Source of the DNA: Patescibacteria group bacterium
Lineage (GTDB): Bacteria > Patescibacteriota > Microgenomatia > UBA1400 > PJMF01
Direction of reading: 5' to 3'
NCBI GenBank assembly: GCA_023382875.1
Contig: JAHDXH010000002.1
Location: 5,724 to 69,723, forward strand
DNA: 64,000 nt
This document shows, piece by piece, positions 17,894 through 27,446 of this stretch. Position 1 is the first letter of the stretch. Every line of letters begins with the position of its first letter. The position numbers were made by a program, and so were the translations under genes. The notes beneath the pieces are model-generated. The model saw nothing but the letters and a program-made list of their open reading frames with translations. It ran no database searches and was not told where the DNA came from.

Positions 17894-17925
17894 AAAAAAG
17901 CCTCAGCTAAACACTGAGGCTTTTT
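17894..17925. terminator. Bidirectional terminator
   Basis: AAAAAAGCCTCAG/CTGAGGCTTTTT between convergent genes. Confidence 0.8.
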
Positions 17926-17939
17926 GCTAATTACTTAGT

Positions 17940-20900
17940 TTATTTCTCTTCAAACAGAGATTTGCCAATTAGCTTAGCAGCTAATCCGGTTGCGATGGTA
18001 ATTCCAGCGAACCAATTATTAATTACATCTAAGCCTGAGCCTTGAGTAAAGCAGTCAGGGTTTCTGAGTAAGTAATAGAGTGGAATCATAGCCACAGTGA
18101 TAGCAATACTTGCTACAAATTTGCCTACGCCCGCATCTCTATTCAAGACTTCAACTGCTAAGAGCACTAAAAGTTGAGCCACCAATAAGATAATTGGTAA
18201 GTAACTTTCTAGGCCATTGCAGGTAGTTGCGCCAAGAACTGTACCTTCTGGTTGGTTGTTGGTTGTGTTTGATCCTTGATCAGAAGTTGTTGTGGCTTCA
18301 TCTTCATCAACTGAGGTTTGGGTGATGAATGGGGCGGTGCCGTTGGTTGTACTGGTGGTTGCGCCCAAAACAGATCCGCCTGTTGATGATTCGCTTGAGC
18401 CTGGTCCTGGACCAACTCTAAAGTCGATTTTCTTTTCGGTGAAATTGCCTGCGCTATCGACAGCTTGAACGGTAAGCGTCCAGAGGCCGTTGAATAATTT
18501 ATCGAGTTGGTGGGCAAAGTCATCTTTCCCAGTTTCTGCGTTATACTCGGTGCCATTTTCATGTCTCCAAACTACGCGATAGTGAGAAACGTCACTATCG
18601 TCGGTGGGTTTTTTCCAAGTGGCATCAGCGGTATTGCTGGTGACGTTGTCAACCTTGACCTCGAGGGGTTCACCAGCGGGGTTGGTTTTGTCATATTTAA
18701 CTTCTTTGATACCAAGTCCGGAAACATTGCCCACACTGTCAATTGATCGATAGTAAAGGATATTTTGTCCTTCGCCGGGAGTAACAAATGGACTTACGTA
18801 GGTAGTCCAACTACCGCTAGTTGAATTCCATTGATACTCAATATGATCTAAGTTGTAGTTATCACTTGCAGTCAAAGTGATGGTTGGTTTGGTATATCTG
18901 TACCAACCATTGTCACCATCTGGTGAGGTTGGGTTGATTGCCAAAGCGACCTCAGGAATTGTTTTGTCATAAACAATTCTAATGTTGTAAGTGTTTTCTA
19001 CATTGCCAGCGTTATCAACGGCATGGGAAGTAATGTTATAGATACCATTGGGAACATCAGTAAGTTGGTAATTCCAAACATTGGTGCCTGTGGCGCTAAA
19101 CATTGATTCGGTGGCCACCCAAGCAGAGGCAGTAGCATCCCAATAAGTGGTTTCACTTTCATCGGCACCAAAGTCTAGGTGAGAAATGCTAATTAAAACA
19201 TGGTTGATACCAGAGTTTAGGTCTGTTGCAGTACCTTCAATTAAGCCGGTAAATTCATTGGTTTCAATTGAACCGCCATCGGCTAGGTTATAGTTAGTGA
19301 TGATGCTGCTTGGCAAAACAGTGTCGTACTTTACATTAAGTGCATAGGCACTAGCTTCAATGTTTCCGGCAATATCAGTTCCAGAAACTTTGATGTCATA
19401 AGTACCGTTTTCGGCTGGTGACCAAAGGTAGCTAAAGTCAAAAAGTGTGGAATCAGTGTTATCTAAAGTGGTAATTTCTTGCCAGTTATTTTGACCAGCT
19501 TCGCTGTAATAGATTGTGACAAGGTCAACTCCGTTGAAGTCGTTACTTGTGCCTACAATATCGATTCCAGTGTTAGTAATAAAGTTATTAGTTGGACTAG
19601 TTAGCGTTGTTGTTGGAGTGGTCCAGTCTGCTGTAATGTCGCATGTATTAGACCAATCAGAATAGTTGCCTACGCTATCTTTAGCTCTGACTTTAATGCG
19701 GTGAAGACCCTCGTTGAGTGAACCACCGTATTGAGAATTAGCAAGGCTTGTTGACCAGACACCTCTACCTCCTCCGGGCAATGGATAGTCAATGTTGTAT
19801 TCATAAGTGACAGCACCATTGTTATCTACTGAATTAGACCAATCAACAGTAGTGTTGTGAATATTTGTAACTACTCCACAGCTTAGTGACGGATTTAAAA
19901 ATCCCAACACAGTTGGTGTTGTAGGATTTGAAATGTCGATTTTAACAGTATTAGCTGCTGTTTTAGTTGACTCAACATTTCCAGCGTTATCGATGGAGAA
20001 GTATTTGATGGTGTGAATACCATCAGTATTGAGCGTAACGCTATTTCCGGTTGCGGACGAAGTAGTTGGTTCAGATCCATCAACGGTGTAATAGGTGGTT
20101 TTGCAACCACTACCACTCACATCAGAACAGTTTAAAGTAACTGTGACTGGTGTGTTGTGCCAGTTGGCATCGGTTCCAGAGTCAGTGGTAACTGGAGGAA
20201 CCATTATGGTGGAATATTTCTGGTATGGATTGGCAGTCAATAAATTACCAGCCAAATCGTGAATATTTTGGACTCCCCAGAGTTGTTCTGGAGAAACATA
20301 CCAGTCTCCGTGAATAAAGGTAATAGTAGCGGTTTTAGATGTTTCATCGTAGGTGATAGTGGCATCACCAACCAAATCGCCACTACCGCCAGCACCTGGC
20401 CAGTTACTTAAATAGTAATTAGCTGGATTAGTGGCATCGGCAGGGTTAACAGCTTCACTAAATACAGCCTGGAAGCTTTTGAAGGCTGGACCTGTTCCAG
20501 AGAAGACTAAGTCTACACTTGGCTTAGAAGCATCATAATAATAGTGTCTCCAGTCACTCCAAGCACCTTCGTGACCATTGTTATCGAAAGCTTGAACTCT
20601 GAATTTAACACCACCTTGTTCACCGGTAGTTGGGGCATGATTTCTATAATTAACAGTTGTTTCTCGATATGGTGCACCAGAAAAGGTGTGTCCATCATCA
20701 TATTGGTATTCAATTCGATAGTGATTAATTCCTGAGGCATCAGAAGGAATTGTCCATTGGTTTAAGATAGGAGTAGTGGCGAAGTATTGGTCTTCATTTG
20801 GTGAAGTGATGATTGGTGCCTGTGGGCCCACTGTATCGAGGGTTACAGCCCAAATTTCACTCCACTCGCTATAGTTTCCAACATTATCTTTGGCTCTAAC

Positions 20901-22598
20901 CTGCCAATACCAAGTGCCATCTGGTGCACCAGAAGAATGAATCATGCTGGTGGGTAAAACTCCAGAATGCCAAAGACCGGTAGTTAAAACTCCATCAACT
21001 TGAGCAGGATTTAGTGATGATTGGAACTCATAAGTAATTGGCAAACTTGTGTCTGTAGAATCGTTCCATTCGAAGTCAAAATTGTTGGTGCTAAGTGTGG
21101 TGCTATTAGCAGGTGAAACTAAGGTCGGGGTAGTTGGGCCATCTGTGTCTGGAAGACTATCAACAAAATCATAAAAGTCTGTACCACCCATCTTTAGCGT
21201 AATACCATCGTAATAGTGTTCTTGGGTTCCGGTATTAGAATTGGATGAACCAGAAACAAGGACAATGCCCCCAATAAACCCATTGCCACCTAATCCACAT
21301 GTGACTAAATCAAGACAATGATTGGAAATATTCCAATTTCCATAATTATTCATCAAGTTTGTCCAGGAAATGTTTTGGCCATTATTGCCGTTAACTCTGA
21401 TTTGAATGCCAGTTGTTGAACTATTGAACGTTTCTTGCTCCCAAGTATTTGCAACAATGCTTGGGCTGTAAACTACAGTAGCTGTATCAAGACCTGTATT
21501 GCTGGTAATGAAGATATTGAGATAAGTATCGCTACCTGATTTTGTGTATCTATTCCATTTAACTTCTTCAATATCACTTAATTTCTTGCCTGTTGGATAG
21601 TAACCAAGGTAGGATCTGTTGGTACCGCCCCCACCTGGTCTGTTCATTTTAATAACGTCTGGACCAAAGTTAATTGGCACACCAGAGCTAGCGCTATCGG
21701 CTAATACAACATTGGCATTGCCACTTTTGGTTAATCTCCAGCCTTGCTGTGTAGCTGAAAAAATATTGCTTGGAATAATATCAGCAGGTACTACTACAAA
21801 CACCGTAAAGTGATCTAAGCCTTCGGCTTTAACTTGGTCATCGGAAACTACCTCGCTGGTAACTTCTTGAGCTTGAGCTAATTCAGATACACTTTCGGCA
21901 AAAACTACTTTTGTTTCACCTTCAATATTTTCTGGAACAGGCAAAGTTAGGTCATACTCAAAACTGCCATTTTCCATGTTAGAAGTAATGTCGTAGGCGA
22001 CGTTAGAAGCAGCACCAAGAGCTGTAACTTGTTCTTCATTTAAAAGAATTTCTTCAATCATTAAGTTGCCAACATTTTCTGGTAACTTGGTGAAAGTGAT
22101 AGTGACTTGGCTATTTTGTGGGGCGACGTAGGCCTTGCCAGTTTTCAAGTCTGTCGTTTTGAAAATGTTACCTTCTTTGAGCCAAAGTTGACCATCTTTA
22201 ATTTCAAAAGAAGCTTCGTAGCTAGTATTTTTGAAGTTTAAAGTACCTTTGGTAATTGTGTCTTTGGTACAGCTGTCATCAGTAGAACAGGTGCCAACAA
22301 AAAGATCAGTGCTAAATTTATTGTTTTCGAGATTGGTAAGTCCGGTAATTGCGTCAACTGGAGTGGTTTCATCGTTGTCGTCATAAGTAATTAAGTACTC
22401 TACAGGCTCAGCAGCTTCGCCACTCAAGGTTAGTTGATTGGATTCGCTATCGAAAGATAAAGCAACAGAATTGACACTGGTTTGAGCTTTTGCGGTTGGG
22501 ACTAAAAAGAAAAGAGGGGCTAAATTTTGGAAGAGTAAAAGGAAGATTGTAAAGAGAGCGTGAATTTGTTTTGATTTACGAGTTAAAAGCTTAAACAT
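17940..22598 (-). CDS. Large secreted surface protein with Ig-like/FN3 repeats and C-terminal TM anchor
   Basis: Signal peptide; repeated D.AGN/D.VGN beta-sandwich ends; two GxVLG motifs; three C-terminal TM segments. Confidence 0.8.
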   Translation of the reverse strand: MFKLLTRKSKQIHALFTIFLLLFQNLAPLFFLVPTAKAQTSVNSVALSFDSESNQLTLSGEAAEPVEYLITYDDNDETTPVDAITGLTNLENNKFSTDLFVGTCSTDDSCTKDTITKGTLNFKNTSYEASFEIKDGQLWLKEGNIFKTTDLKTGKAYVAPQNSQVTITFTKLPENVGNLMIEEILLNEEQVTALGAASNVAYDITSNMENGSFEYDLTLPVPENIEGETKVVFAESVSELAQAQEVTSEVVSDDQVKAEGLDHFTVFVVVPADIIPSNIFSATQQGWRLTKSGNANVVLADSASSGVPINFGPDVIKMNRPGGGGTNRSYLGYYPTGKKLSDIEEVKWNRYTKSGSDTYLNIFITSNTGLDTATVVYSPSIVANTWEQETFNSSTTGIQIRVNGNNGQNISWTNLMNNYGNWNISNHCLDLVTCGLGGNGFIGGIVLVSGSSNSNTGTQEHYYDGITLKMGGTDFYDFVDSLPDTDGPTTPTLVSPANSTTLSTNNFDFEWNDSTDTSLPITYEFQSSLNPAQVDGVLTTGLWHSGVLPTSMIHSSGAPDGTWYWQVRAKDNVGNYSEWSEIWAVTLDTVGPQAPIITSPNEDQYFATTPILNQWTIPSDASGINHYRIEYQYDDGHTFSGAPYRETTVNYRNHAPTTGEQGGVKFRVQAFDNNGHEGAWSDWRHYYYDASKPSVDLVFSGTGPAFKSFQAVFSEAVNPADATNPANYYLSNWPGAGGSGDLVGDATITYDETSKTATITFIHGDWYVSPEQLWGVQNIHDLAGNLLTANPYQKYSTIMVPPVTTDSGTDANWHNTPVTVTLNCSDVSGSGCKTTYYTVDGSEPTTSSATGNSVTLNTDGIHTIKYFSIDNAGNVESTKTAANTVKIDISNPTTPTVLGFLNPSLSCGVVTNIHNTTVDWSNSVDNNGAVTYEYNIDYPLPGGGRGVWSTSLANSQYGGSLNEGLHRIKVRAKDSVGNYSDWSNTCDITADWTTPTTTLTSPTNNFITNTGIDIVGTSNDFNGVDLVTIYYSEAGQNNWQEITTLDNTDSTLFDFSYLWSPAENGTYDIKVSGTDIAGNIEASAYALNVKYDTVLPSSIITNYNLADGGSIETNEFTGLIEGTATDLNSGINHVLISISHLDFGADESETTYWDATASAWVATESMFSATGTNVWNYQLTDVPNGIYNITSHAVDNAGNVENTYNIRIVYDKTIPEVALAINPTSPDGDNGWYRYTKPTITLTASDNYNLDHIEYQWNSTSGSWTTYVSPFVTPGEGQNILYYRSIDSVGNVSGLGIKEVKYDKTNPAGEPLEVKVDNVTSNTADATWKKPTDDSDVSHYRVVWRHENGTEYNAETGKDDFAHQLDKLFNGLWTLTVQAVDSAGNFTEKKIDFRVGPGPGSSESSTGGSVLGATTSTTNGTAPFITQTSVDEDEATTTSDQGSNTTNNQPEGTVLGATTCNGLESYLPIILLVAQLLVLLAVEVLNRDAGVGKFVASIAITVAMIPLYYLLRNPDCFTQGSGLDVINNWFAGITIATGLAAKLIGKSLFEEK

Positions 22599-22651
22599 AG
22601 TTCAACAATAATACTACATCAAAATAGATCGAGCAAGATAGCTAAATCTGA

Positions 22652-24088
22652 TTAAATTAATTTTTTTAATTTTTGCCAAATTTCCACCATTGCCCAGGTA
22701 TCCATTTGGCAATACTCGAGTAAATCTTTTTTAATTTGTTCATGATCTAATTGAGATGAAGGGTGGCTTTTTCTTCCATAAACCATCTCAGCCCACATCA
22801 ACATGGCCACATCGCCCTTATTAATGTTTAAGTTTTCGTAGCTTAATTCCGGTACCAGAACAGGCAAAACATTTTTAATTGATGAGCTACCTCTAAATTT
22901 ATAATCAACGTAAGTAAGTTTGGAAAAAATTTCCATCAAATCAAAGGTTCTTTCGTTTAAAGAAAGTAGGCGATCTTTGAACTCTGGTTGTAACTGGGCA
23001 AGTTCTTTGTTGCGTGAGTTTTCAAAGCCTTTGTACCAAGAAATAATTGATCCCTTCTCGCCAATATGGCTAAACAAACTCTCACAAAAAGCTCGACTGG
23101 GTTCGTCAACAGTAGTATGTAAAAACTCTTTATGTAAAATTTTTCGATCGTTGGGTTTGGAAACAATATGGAGTGAATACTGGAAAACTAAGTTTTGATA
23201 AGGTTTGTAGCCATCATGCATGGGTACAGCTGGTCCAAAGGTTTCATAATCGAGAAAATAAAGTGGATATTTGAGTTGGCTGAGTTTTTGTTTGAGCTGG
23301 TTTTTTTCGATGATGGGACTATTTTTGATAAAAGACTCTAAGAACCTTCTTTGATGAGTGGTTAAGGGAAAATCTTTGGGAATAAAGCTTAAATCGCGAA
23401 TGTTTTGCGCTAATAAATCTTGATATTGAATTGATTGACGGTTGGTATCTGGGAGGTCAAAAATGGAAAACTTGGGCAAGTTATAATGACACAAATCCAA
23501 ACAAACACAACTTTTTGGGTCCAAACAGGTGTCGTTGCTTGGTGGAGTGGAGCTGGTAAGCAAATCTTTGGCTTGTTGTCTTAGTAACAAAACTTCGTCT
23601 TCATATTTTTTAATCTGCTCAGTCATGTCTTCAATGACAAAAAGTTTTTCCAAATTTAAAGCTCCTTTTCTCACATAACTATTATTAATGTGGACTAAGT
23701 AACATTTGCCAACGTTAAATTGCGATTTGGCCAACAAATATTGGAAAGTGATTTCATAGCCATGTTCTCTTTTGGCATGACTGGAGCTTTTGACTTCATA
23801 GAGATCATAAGTGTCTGTTTCAGCATTATGAATGACAACGTCGATAACAGCTTCATAATTGCCATCTTTGAGCTGTTGTTGAAATTTTAGTGAACTGCCT
23901 TTGGGATAATTGGTATTCATCTTTTCTACCAACATTTGTTCGGCCAAATCTTCAACTTTATATCCTTGTCTGCCAAGGTGTTGTAAAAAAACACTTTTTT
24001 TAACAGGGTCAAGCAATTTATTTACCTCAGCCCAAAGGTGCATAGGGCAGTCTAAATACGTTTTGAATTGCGATTTTGTCAAAGCCAT
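22652..24088 (-). CDS. DUF2779-type protein (PD-(D/E)xK nuclease-like plus RNase H-like domain)
   Basis: LTKSQF..CP, LYEVKSS, YFLDYET, PYQ..FQYSLH, SSSIKNVLP, LEYC..D; start moved to ATG 24088. Confidence 0.8.
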   Translation of the reverse strand: MALTKSQFKTYLDCPMHLWAEVNKLLDPVKKSVFLQHLGRQGYKVEDLAEQMLVEKMNTNYPKGSSLKFQQQLKDGNYEAVIDVVIHNAETDTYDLYEVKSSSHAKREHGYEITFQYLLAKSQFNVGKCYLVHINNSYVRKGALNLEKLFVIEDMTEQIKKYEDEVLLLRQQAKDLLTSSTPPSNDTCLDPKSCVCLDLCHYNLPKFSIFDLPDTNRQSIQYQDLLAQNIRDLSFIPKDFPLTTHQRRFLESFIKNSPIIEKNQLKQKLSQLKYPLYFLDYETFGPAVPMHDGYKPYQNLVFQYSLHIVSKPNDRKILHKEFLHTTVDEPSRAFCESLFSHIGEKGSIISWYKGFENSRNKELAQLQPEFKDRLLSLNERTFDLMEIFSKLTYVDYKFRGSSSIKNVLPVLVPELSYENLNINKGDVAMLMWAEMVYGRKSHPSSQLDHEQIKKDLLEYCQMDTWAMVEIWQKLKKLI

Positions 24089-24114
24089 AAAAATTATTAT
24101 AGATGAAAAATTTA

Positions 24115-24251
24115 TGTTATACTCGCCTTGATGCAATTAGCAAACAGACTTCACCAAATTTGGTATTTCACCTTCAAAGGAGGGTCTGTTTTTGTTGCAT
24201 AAAGAATAAATAAAAAGCAAAAACCAACCTCCTTAATCAGGAGGTTTTTTT
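24115..24251 (+). promoter_or_regulatory. Putative transcription attenuator (anti-antiterminator, antiterminator, terminator)
   Basis: 1:2 ATGCAA..AAACAGAC with GTCTGTTT..TTGCAT; 2:3 AAGGAGG..TTTTTG with CAAAAA..CCTCCTT; 3:4 AACCTCCT/AGGAGGTT plus T run. Confidence 0.7.
24131..24202 (+). CDS. Putative 23-aa leader peptide MQLANRLHQIWYFTFKGGSVFVA
   Basis: ATG 7 nt after TGtTATACT; embedded in attenuator-like pairings. Confidence 0.65.
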   Translation: MQLANRLHQIWYFTFKGGSVFVA

Positions 24252-24269
24252 ATGTAAAGAAAGGAAAAA

Positions 24270-24674
24270 ATGAAAAAAATTCTTTTTGTCTGTCAAGCTA
24301 ATATTGGTCGAAGTCAAATGGCTGAAGCATTTTTCAATCACATGACTAACTCTAATCTTGCTACGAGTGCGGCTTGCGAGGATTTTAGAGAGAAATATGA
24401 TGGCAAAATTACCAGTGAAATTATTGAAACTATGGACGCAGTAGGTATTGATTTGCGAGACAAACAAATAAAGTTGTTGACACCAGAAATGGTAAAAAAA
24501 GCTGATAAGGTAGTGGTTTTGTGTGACCAAAAGTATTGCCCGGATTTTCTGCTTAATGCTGGTGAAAAACTGACGATCAAAACTCTTGAAGATCCGCACA
24601 GTAAAGATGCTCAAACAATTGCTCAAATTCGTGATCAAATAAAAAGTATCGTGAAAGATTTAATCGCATGCTAA
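24270..24674 (+). CDS. Low-molecular-weight phosphatase / ArsC-like protein
   Basis: ILFVCQANIGRSQMAEA P-loop and LEDP. Confidence 0.85.
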   Translation: MKKILFVCQANIGRSQMAEAFFNHMTNSNLATSAACEDFREKYDGKITSEIIETMDAVGIDLRDKQIKLLTPEMVKKADKVVVLCDQKYCPDFLLNAGEKLTIKTLEDPHSKDAQTIAQIRDQIKSIVKDLIAC

Positions 24675-25765
24675 AAAAAGAAGAATTAATCAAACAATTA
24701 GATCAATTGGTCAGGTTGCCAACCTTGCCAGGTAATTTTGCCGAAAATCAAAAAGCTTTGGATTTAGTGGTGTCGTGGTTAGCAAAATCAGCACAGATTG
24801 TTCGTTTGGAAAATAAAGGTACTGAGATTTTGTTGGCTAGCAATCAGAAAACCATGACTCCAGATTTTGGTTATATGGTACACATGGATGTGGTTGCTGC
24901 GCCTGATTCAATGTTTAAGGTCAGTGTTGATGGAGATAAGTTGTTGGGCCGAGGGGTTTCAGATATGAAATTTTCTGTACCGCTAGGTGTGGCTTTGCTT
25001 AATGAGTTAATTGAACAAAAAAGTGATCTTAGTTTTACTTTATGCATTACTACTGATGAAGAAGTGGGTGGCTATGCCGGTGGTGCGTGGTTGGCTACAG
25101 AGTATGGCTGGAACCCCAGAACCTTGATTGTTCCCGATGGTGGAGACAATTTAAGATTTGTTGAAAAAGGCAAGGGTGTTTGTCAGCTTCAAGTAACTTC
25201 GACCGGTGTGGCGACGCACGCTTCCAGAGTTTGGGAGGGTAAAAATGCCATTCCGTCTTTGGCCAAACTAACTGTTGAGTTAGATAAACTTTTTGGTAAA
25301 AACAATCAAAGTGAAACTTGGAAAACTACTCTTAATTTTGGTCAATTTAATGCTGGAATTTCCGTCAATCAGGTTTGTGATTTGGCTGTTTTGAGATTGG
25401 ATTTTCGTTTTCCAGAAACCAGTTCGGTCGAAGAAATTGAAGCAATGGTAAAAAAGTTGGCTAAAGCTATCGATCCGGAATTAAAAGTTGAAAGAATGTC
25501 GACAGGTTTGCCAACTTTTACTGACATCAGTTTGCCAGTGGTTAAAGATTTCTTTGTCGCAATGGAGATGGAAGTTGGACAAAAACTTGAAACTATGGGA
25601 GCTTATGGTGCATCTGATGCCCGTCACTTCGCACACTTAAAAACTCCAGTCTTAATGCTCAAGCCAATGGGTGGAGATATCCACGCATTAACAGAATGGA
25701 TTAGTTTATCTTCAACCATGCAGTTTTATCAGGGCCTAAGAAGATTTTTTGGTCTCAAAAGTTAG
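24668..25765 (+). CDS. M20 family metallopeptidase/deacylase
   Basis: HMDVV, GRGVSDMK, TDEEVG, HAS, GASDARH, IHALTE. Confidence 0.85.
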   Translation: MLKKEELIKQLDQLVRLPTLPGNFAENQKALDLVVSWLAKSAQIVRLENKGTEILLASNQKTMTPDFGYMVHMDVVAAPDSMFKVSVDGDKLLGRGVSDMKFSVPLGVALLNELIEQKSDLSFTLCITTDEEVGGYAGGAWLATEYGWNPRTLIVPDGGDNLRFVEKGKGVCQLQVTSTGVATHASRVWEGKNAIPSLAKLTVELDKLFGKNNQSETWKTTLNFGQFNAGISVNQVCDLAVLRLDFRFPETSSVEEIEAMVKKLAKAIDPELKVERMSTGLPTFTDISLPVVKDFFVAMEMEVGQKLETMGAYGASDARHFAHLKTPVLMLKPMGGDIHALTEWISLSSTMQFYQGLRRFFGLKS

Positions 25766-25778
25766 GCTGGCGATGTGG

Positions 25779-26495
25779 TTAAAGTAGTGACAGAGTGTAG
25801 CTAAATACTTTTATTGCTTCTGAATTTATTTTTGGCGCCTGAATGGCAAAATTCTCCGGAGCTGGTGGCATGACCTGAATAGGCTCAACGCAAATAAAGT
25901 TTGCATCTGGTTGCGACCACTGGGCAAAAGCTTCATAACCTGTAATTGCCATTTTGATAATACCAACTTCTGGTATTTCAATAACGTGTTCGTTTTTGGA
26001 CCAAGAATTAAATTCAGCTTCACCAACTAGTCCAGTTTTAGAAAAAGGCAAGCCGTTAACTTTAACCTGAGATCTTTTTTCTGGTGAACAAACAAAGTAG
26101 TGATGCTCTGCGATGTTGATCGGCAAAGAAACTGGGGAGATATTTTTAATAGTAGTAGTAACTGTCAGACTCTGATCGCCAAGTAAAAATTCGCGTTGAG
26201 CTTCGATTCCGGATGGATAAATACCTGGAATTTCACTCATTTTCCAGGTCCAGCTGCTATCAGTTTCTTTGGTCCAGGTTTCTTTGCGGGCTGGGCCATG
26301 ATTGGGTAGGTTTTCAGCCAGATTAAAGTTGGGAATGCAGGGATGGGTAAAACCTTTTCCACCGTCAGGTCTAATACCAGTCCAGATTATTTGTTTACCA
26401 TTCAACCAAACTTCTCCTAAGCCACAACCAACAGGATCGACCTGACAGGTAGTACTAGGATTAGTAATCGAAGTGAGAGTAACAATTTCTGACAT
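25779..26495 (-). CDS. Aldose 1-epimerase/galactose mutarotase-like protein
   Basis: HPCIPNF, HGPAR, HHYF, FICVEP. Confidence 0.75.
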   Translation of the reverse strand: MSEIVTLTSITNPSTTCQVDPVGCGLGEVWLNGKQIIWTGIRPDGGKGFTHPCIPNFNLAENLPNHGPARKETWTKETDSSWTWKMSEIPGIYPSGIEAQREFLLGDQSLTVTTTIKNISPVSLPINIAEHHYFVCSPEKRSQVKVNGLPFSKTGLVGEAEFNSWSKNEHVIEIPEVGIIKMAITGYEAFAQWSQPDANFICVEPIQVMPPAPENFAIQAPKINSEAIKVFSYTLSLL

Positions 26496-26532
26496 GATTT
26501 GAGATTATCACGCCAAAAGTATGATGTCTTGA

Positions 26533-26703
26533 TTAACCAATTTTGAAAAACTTCAATAAATGGTAGACCAAATAAGCTGGCCAGACCAAAGCCTTCAAAA
26601 CACCAAGTAACTTTTCGCCAAAAGTTGGTGAGGTAGTAATAAAGTAAATTAGCGCTCCGATCACGCCAAAGCCATAAACGGCATCAGAAGATTGTGTAGA
26701 CAT
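26533..26703 (-). CDS. 56-aa membrane protein (not in ORF track): MSTQSSDAVYGFGVIGALIYFITTSPTFGEKLLGVLKALVWPAYLVYHLLKFFKIG
   Basis: TAAAAT 6 nt before ATG; resembles a recalled family of small proteins with YG.G.IGA..Y and LKA.VWPA.LVY. Confidence 0.75.
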   Translation of the reverse strand: MSTQSSDAVYGFGVIGALIYFITTSPTFGEKLLGVLKALVWPAYLVYHLLKFFKIG

Positions 26704-26759
26704 ATCTAGATTTTACGCCTTTTCGAACAATATTTCTGTAGGTATATAATCCCGTTAAC

Positions 26760-27218
26760 ATGCCAAGTATTACTTCTAAGGAATTAGCAAAAAATTTGTT
26801 GGACCAAAGAATCATTGATATTTCGGATGGCTTTCCAGTCGTTACACCAGAAGATTATATGGATTTGGCTAGTGTTCTCTTTCATGCTGGAGTGTTTAGA
26901 GTTCCAATTGTAGGTTTTAAAACTGTCGAACAAATTACAACTTTGGCTTTGGTTAGTACTGAAATTCAAGAGCACCGAGAACTGGCAAAGATAGCTCAGC
27001 TTGATAAAACAAAGATACTTTTTACAGCTTCTCTGGAAGGTTATCCCTTTTCCGATTTTGATCCTTTTTATGCTTATTTAAAAATAATTTTGTCTAAAGG
27101 TGAGGTTTATCAGCGCGTTGGTCGTGGTTCTGACTACTTTTCACCACCTTTATCAGGCGTGGGTGTTGGGGAGTTGTCGAGAATTTTTGCCAAGATCGGC
27201 ACGCTCATGAATGTTTAA
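26760..27218 (+). CDS. Hypothetical protein
   Basis: 152-aa ORF with TATAAT 9 nt upstream. Confidence 0.6.
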   Translation: MPSITSKELAKNLLDQRIIDISDGFPVVTPEDYMDLASVLFHAGVFRVPIVGFKTVEQITTLALVSTEIQEHRELAKIAQLDKTKILFTASLEGYPFSDFDPFYAYLKIILSKGEVYQRVGRGSDYFSPPLSGVGVGELSRIFAKIGTLMNV

Positions 27219-27321
27219 ATTTTTTATCCCATAATATTTATACCTCTGGTAATGGTGGAAACTTTGTGATATAATATTACCCATATATAGGGAAAAATTA
27301 ATAAATCTACCCTTATTCTTG

Positions 27322-27433
27322 ATGAAAAGTTGCAACTTTTTCAACAGAGATTATTGCCAAAGCTTTAAAGAGAGCTGAGTTTTTTATTGCCTAACCGCTT
27401 ACTCTTTCTTCTAGGGAGTGGGAGCGGTTTTTT
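27322..27433 (+). promoter_or_regulatory. Candidate leader peptide (MKSCNFFNRDYCQSFKES, 27322-27378) plus terminator upstream of the GNAT gene
   Basis: AACCGCT..AGCGGTT plus T run ends just before ATG 27447; leader 3' end is partly complementary to the terminator 5' arm. Confidence 0.45.
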
Positions 27434-27446
27434 GCATCCCAATTTT

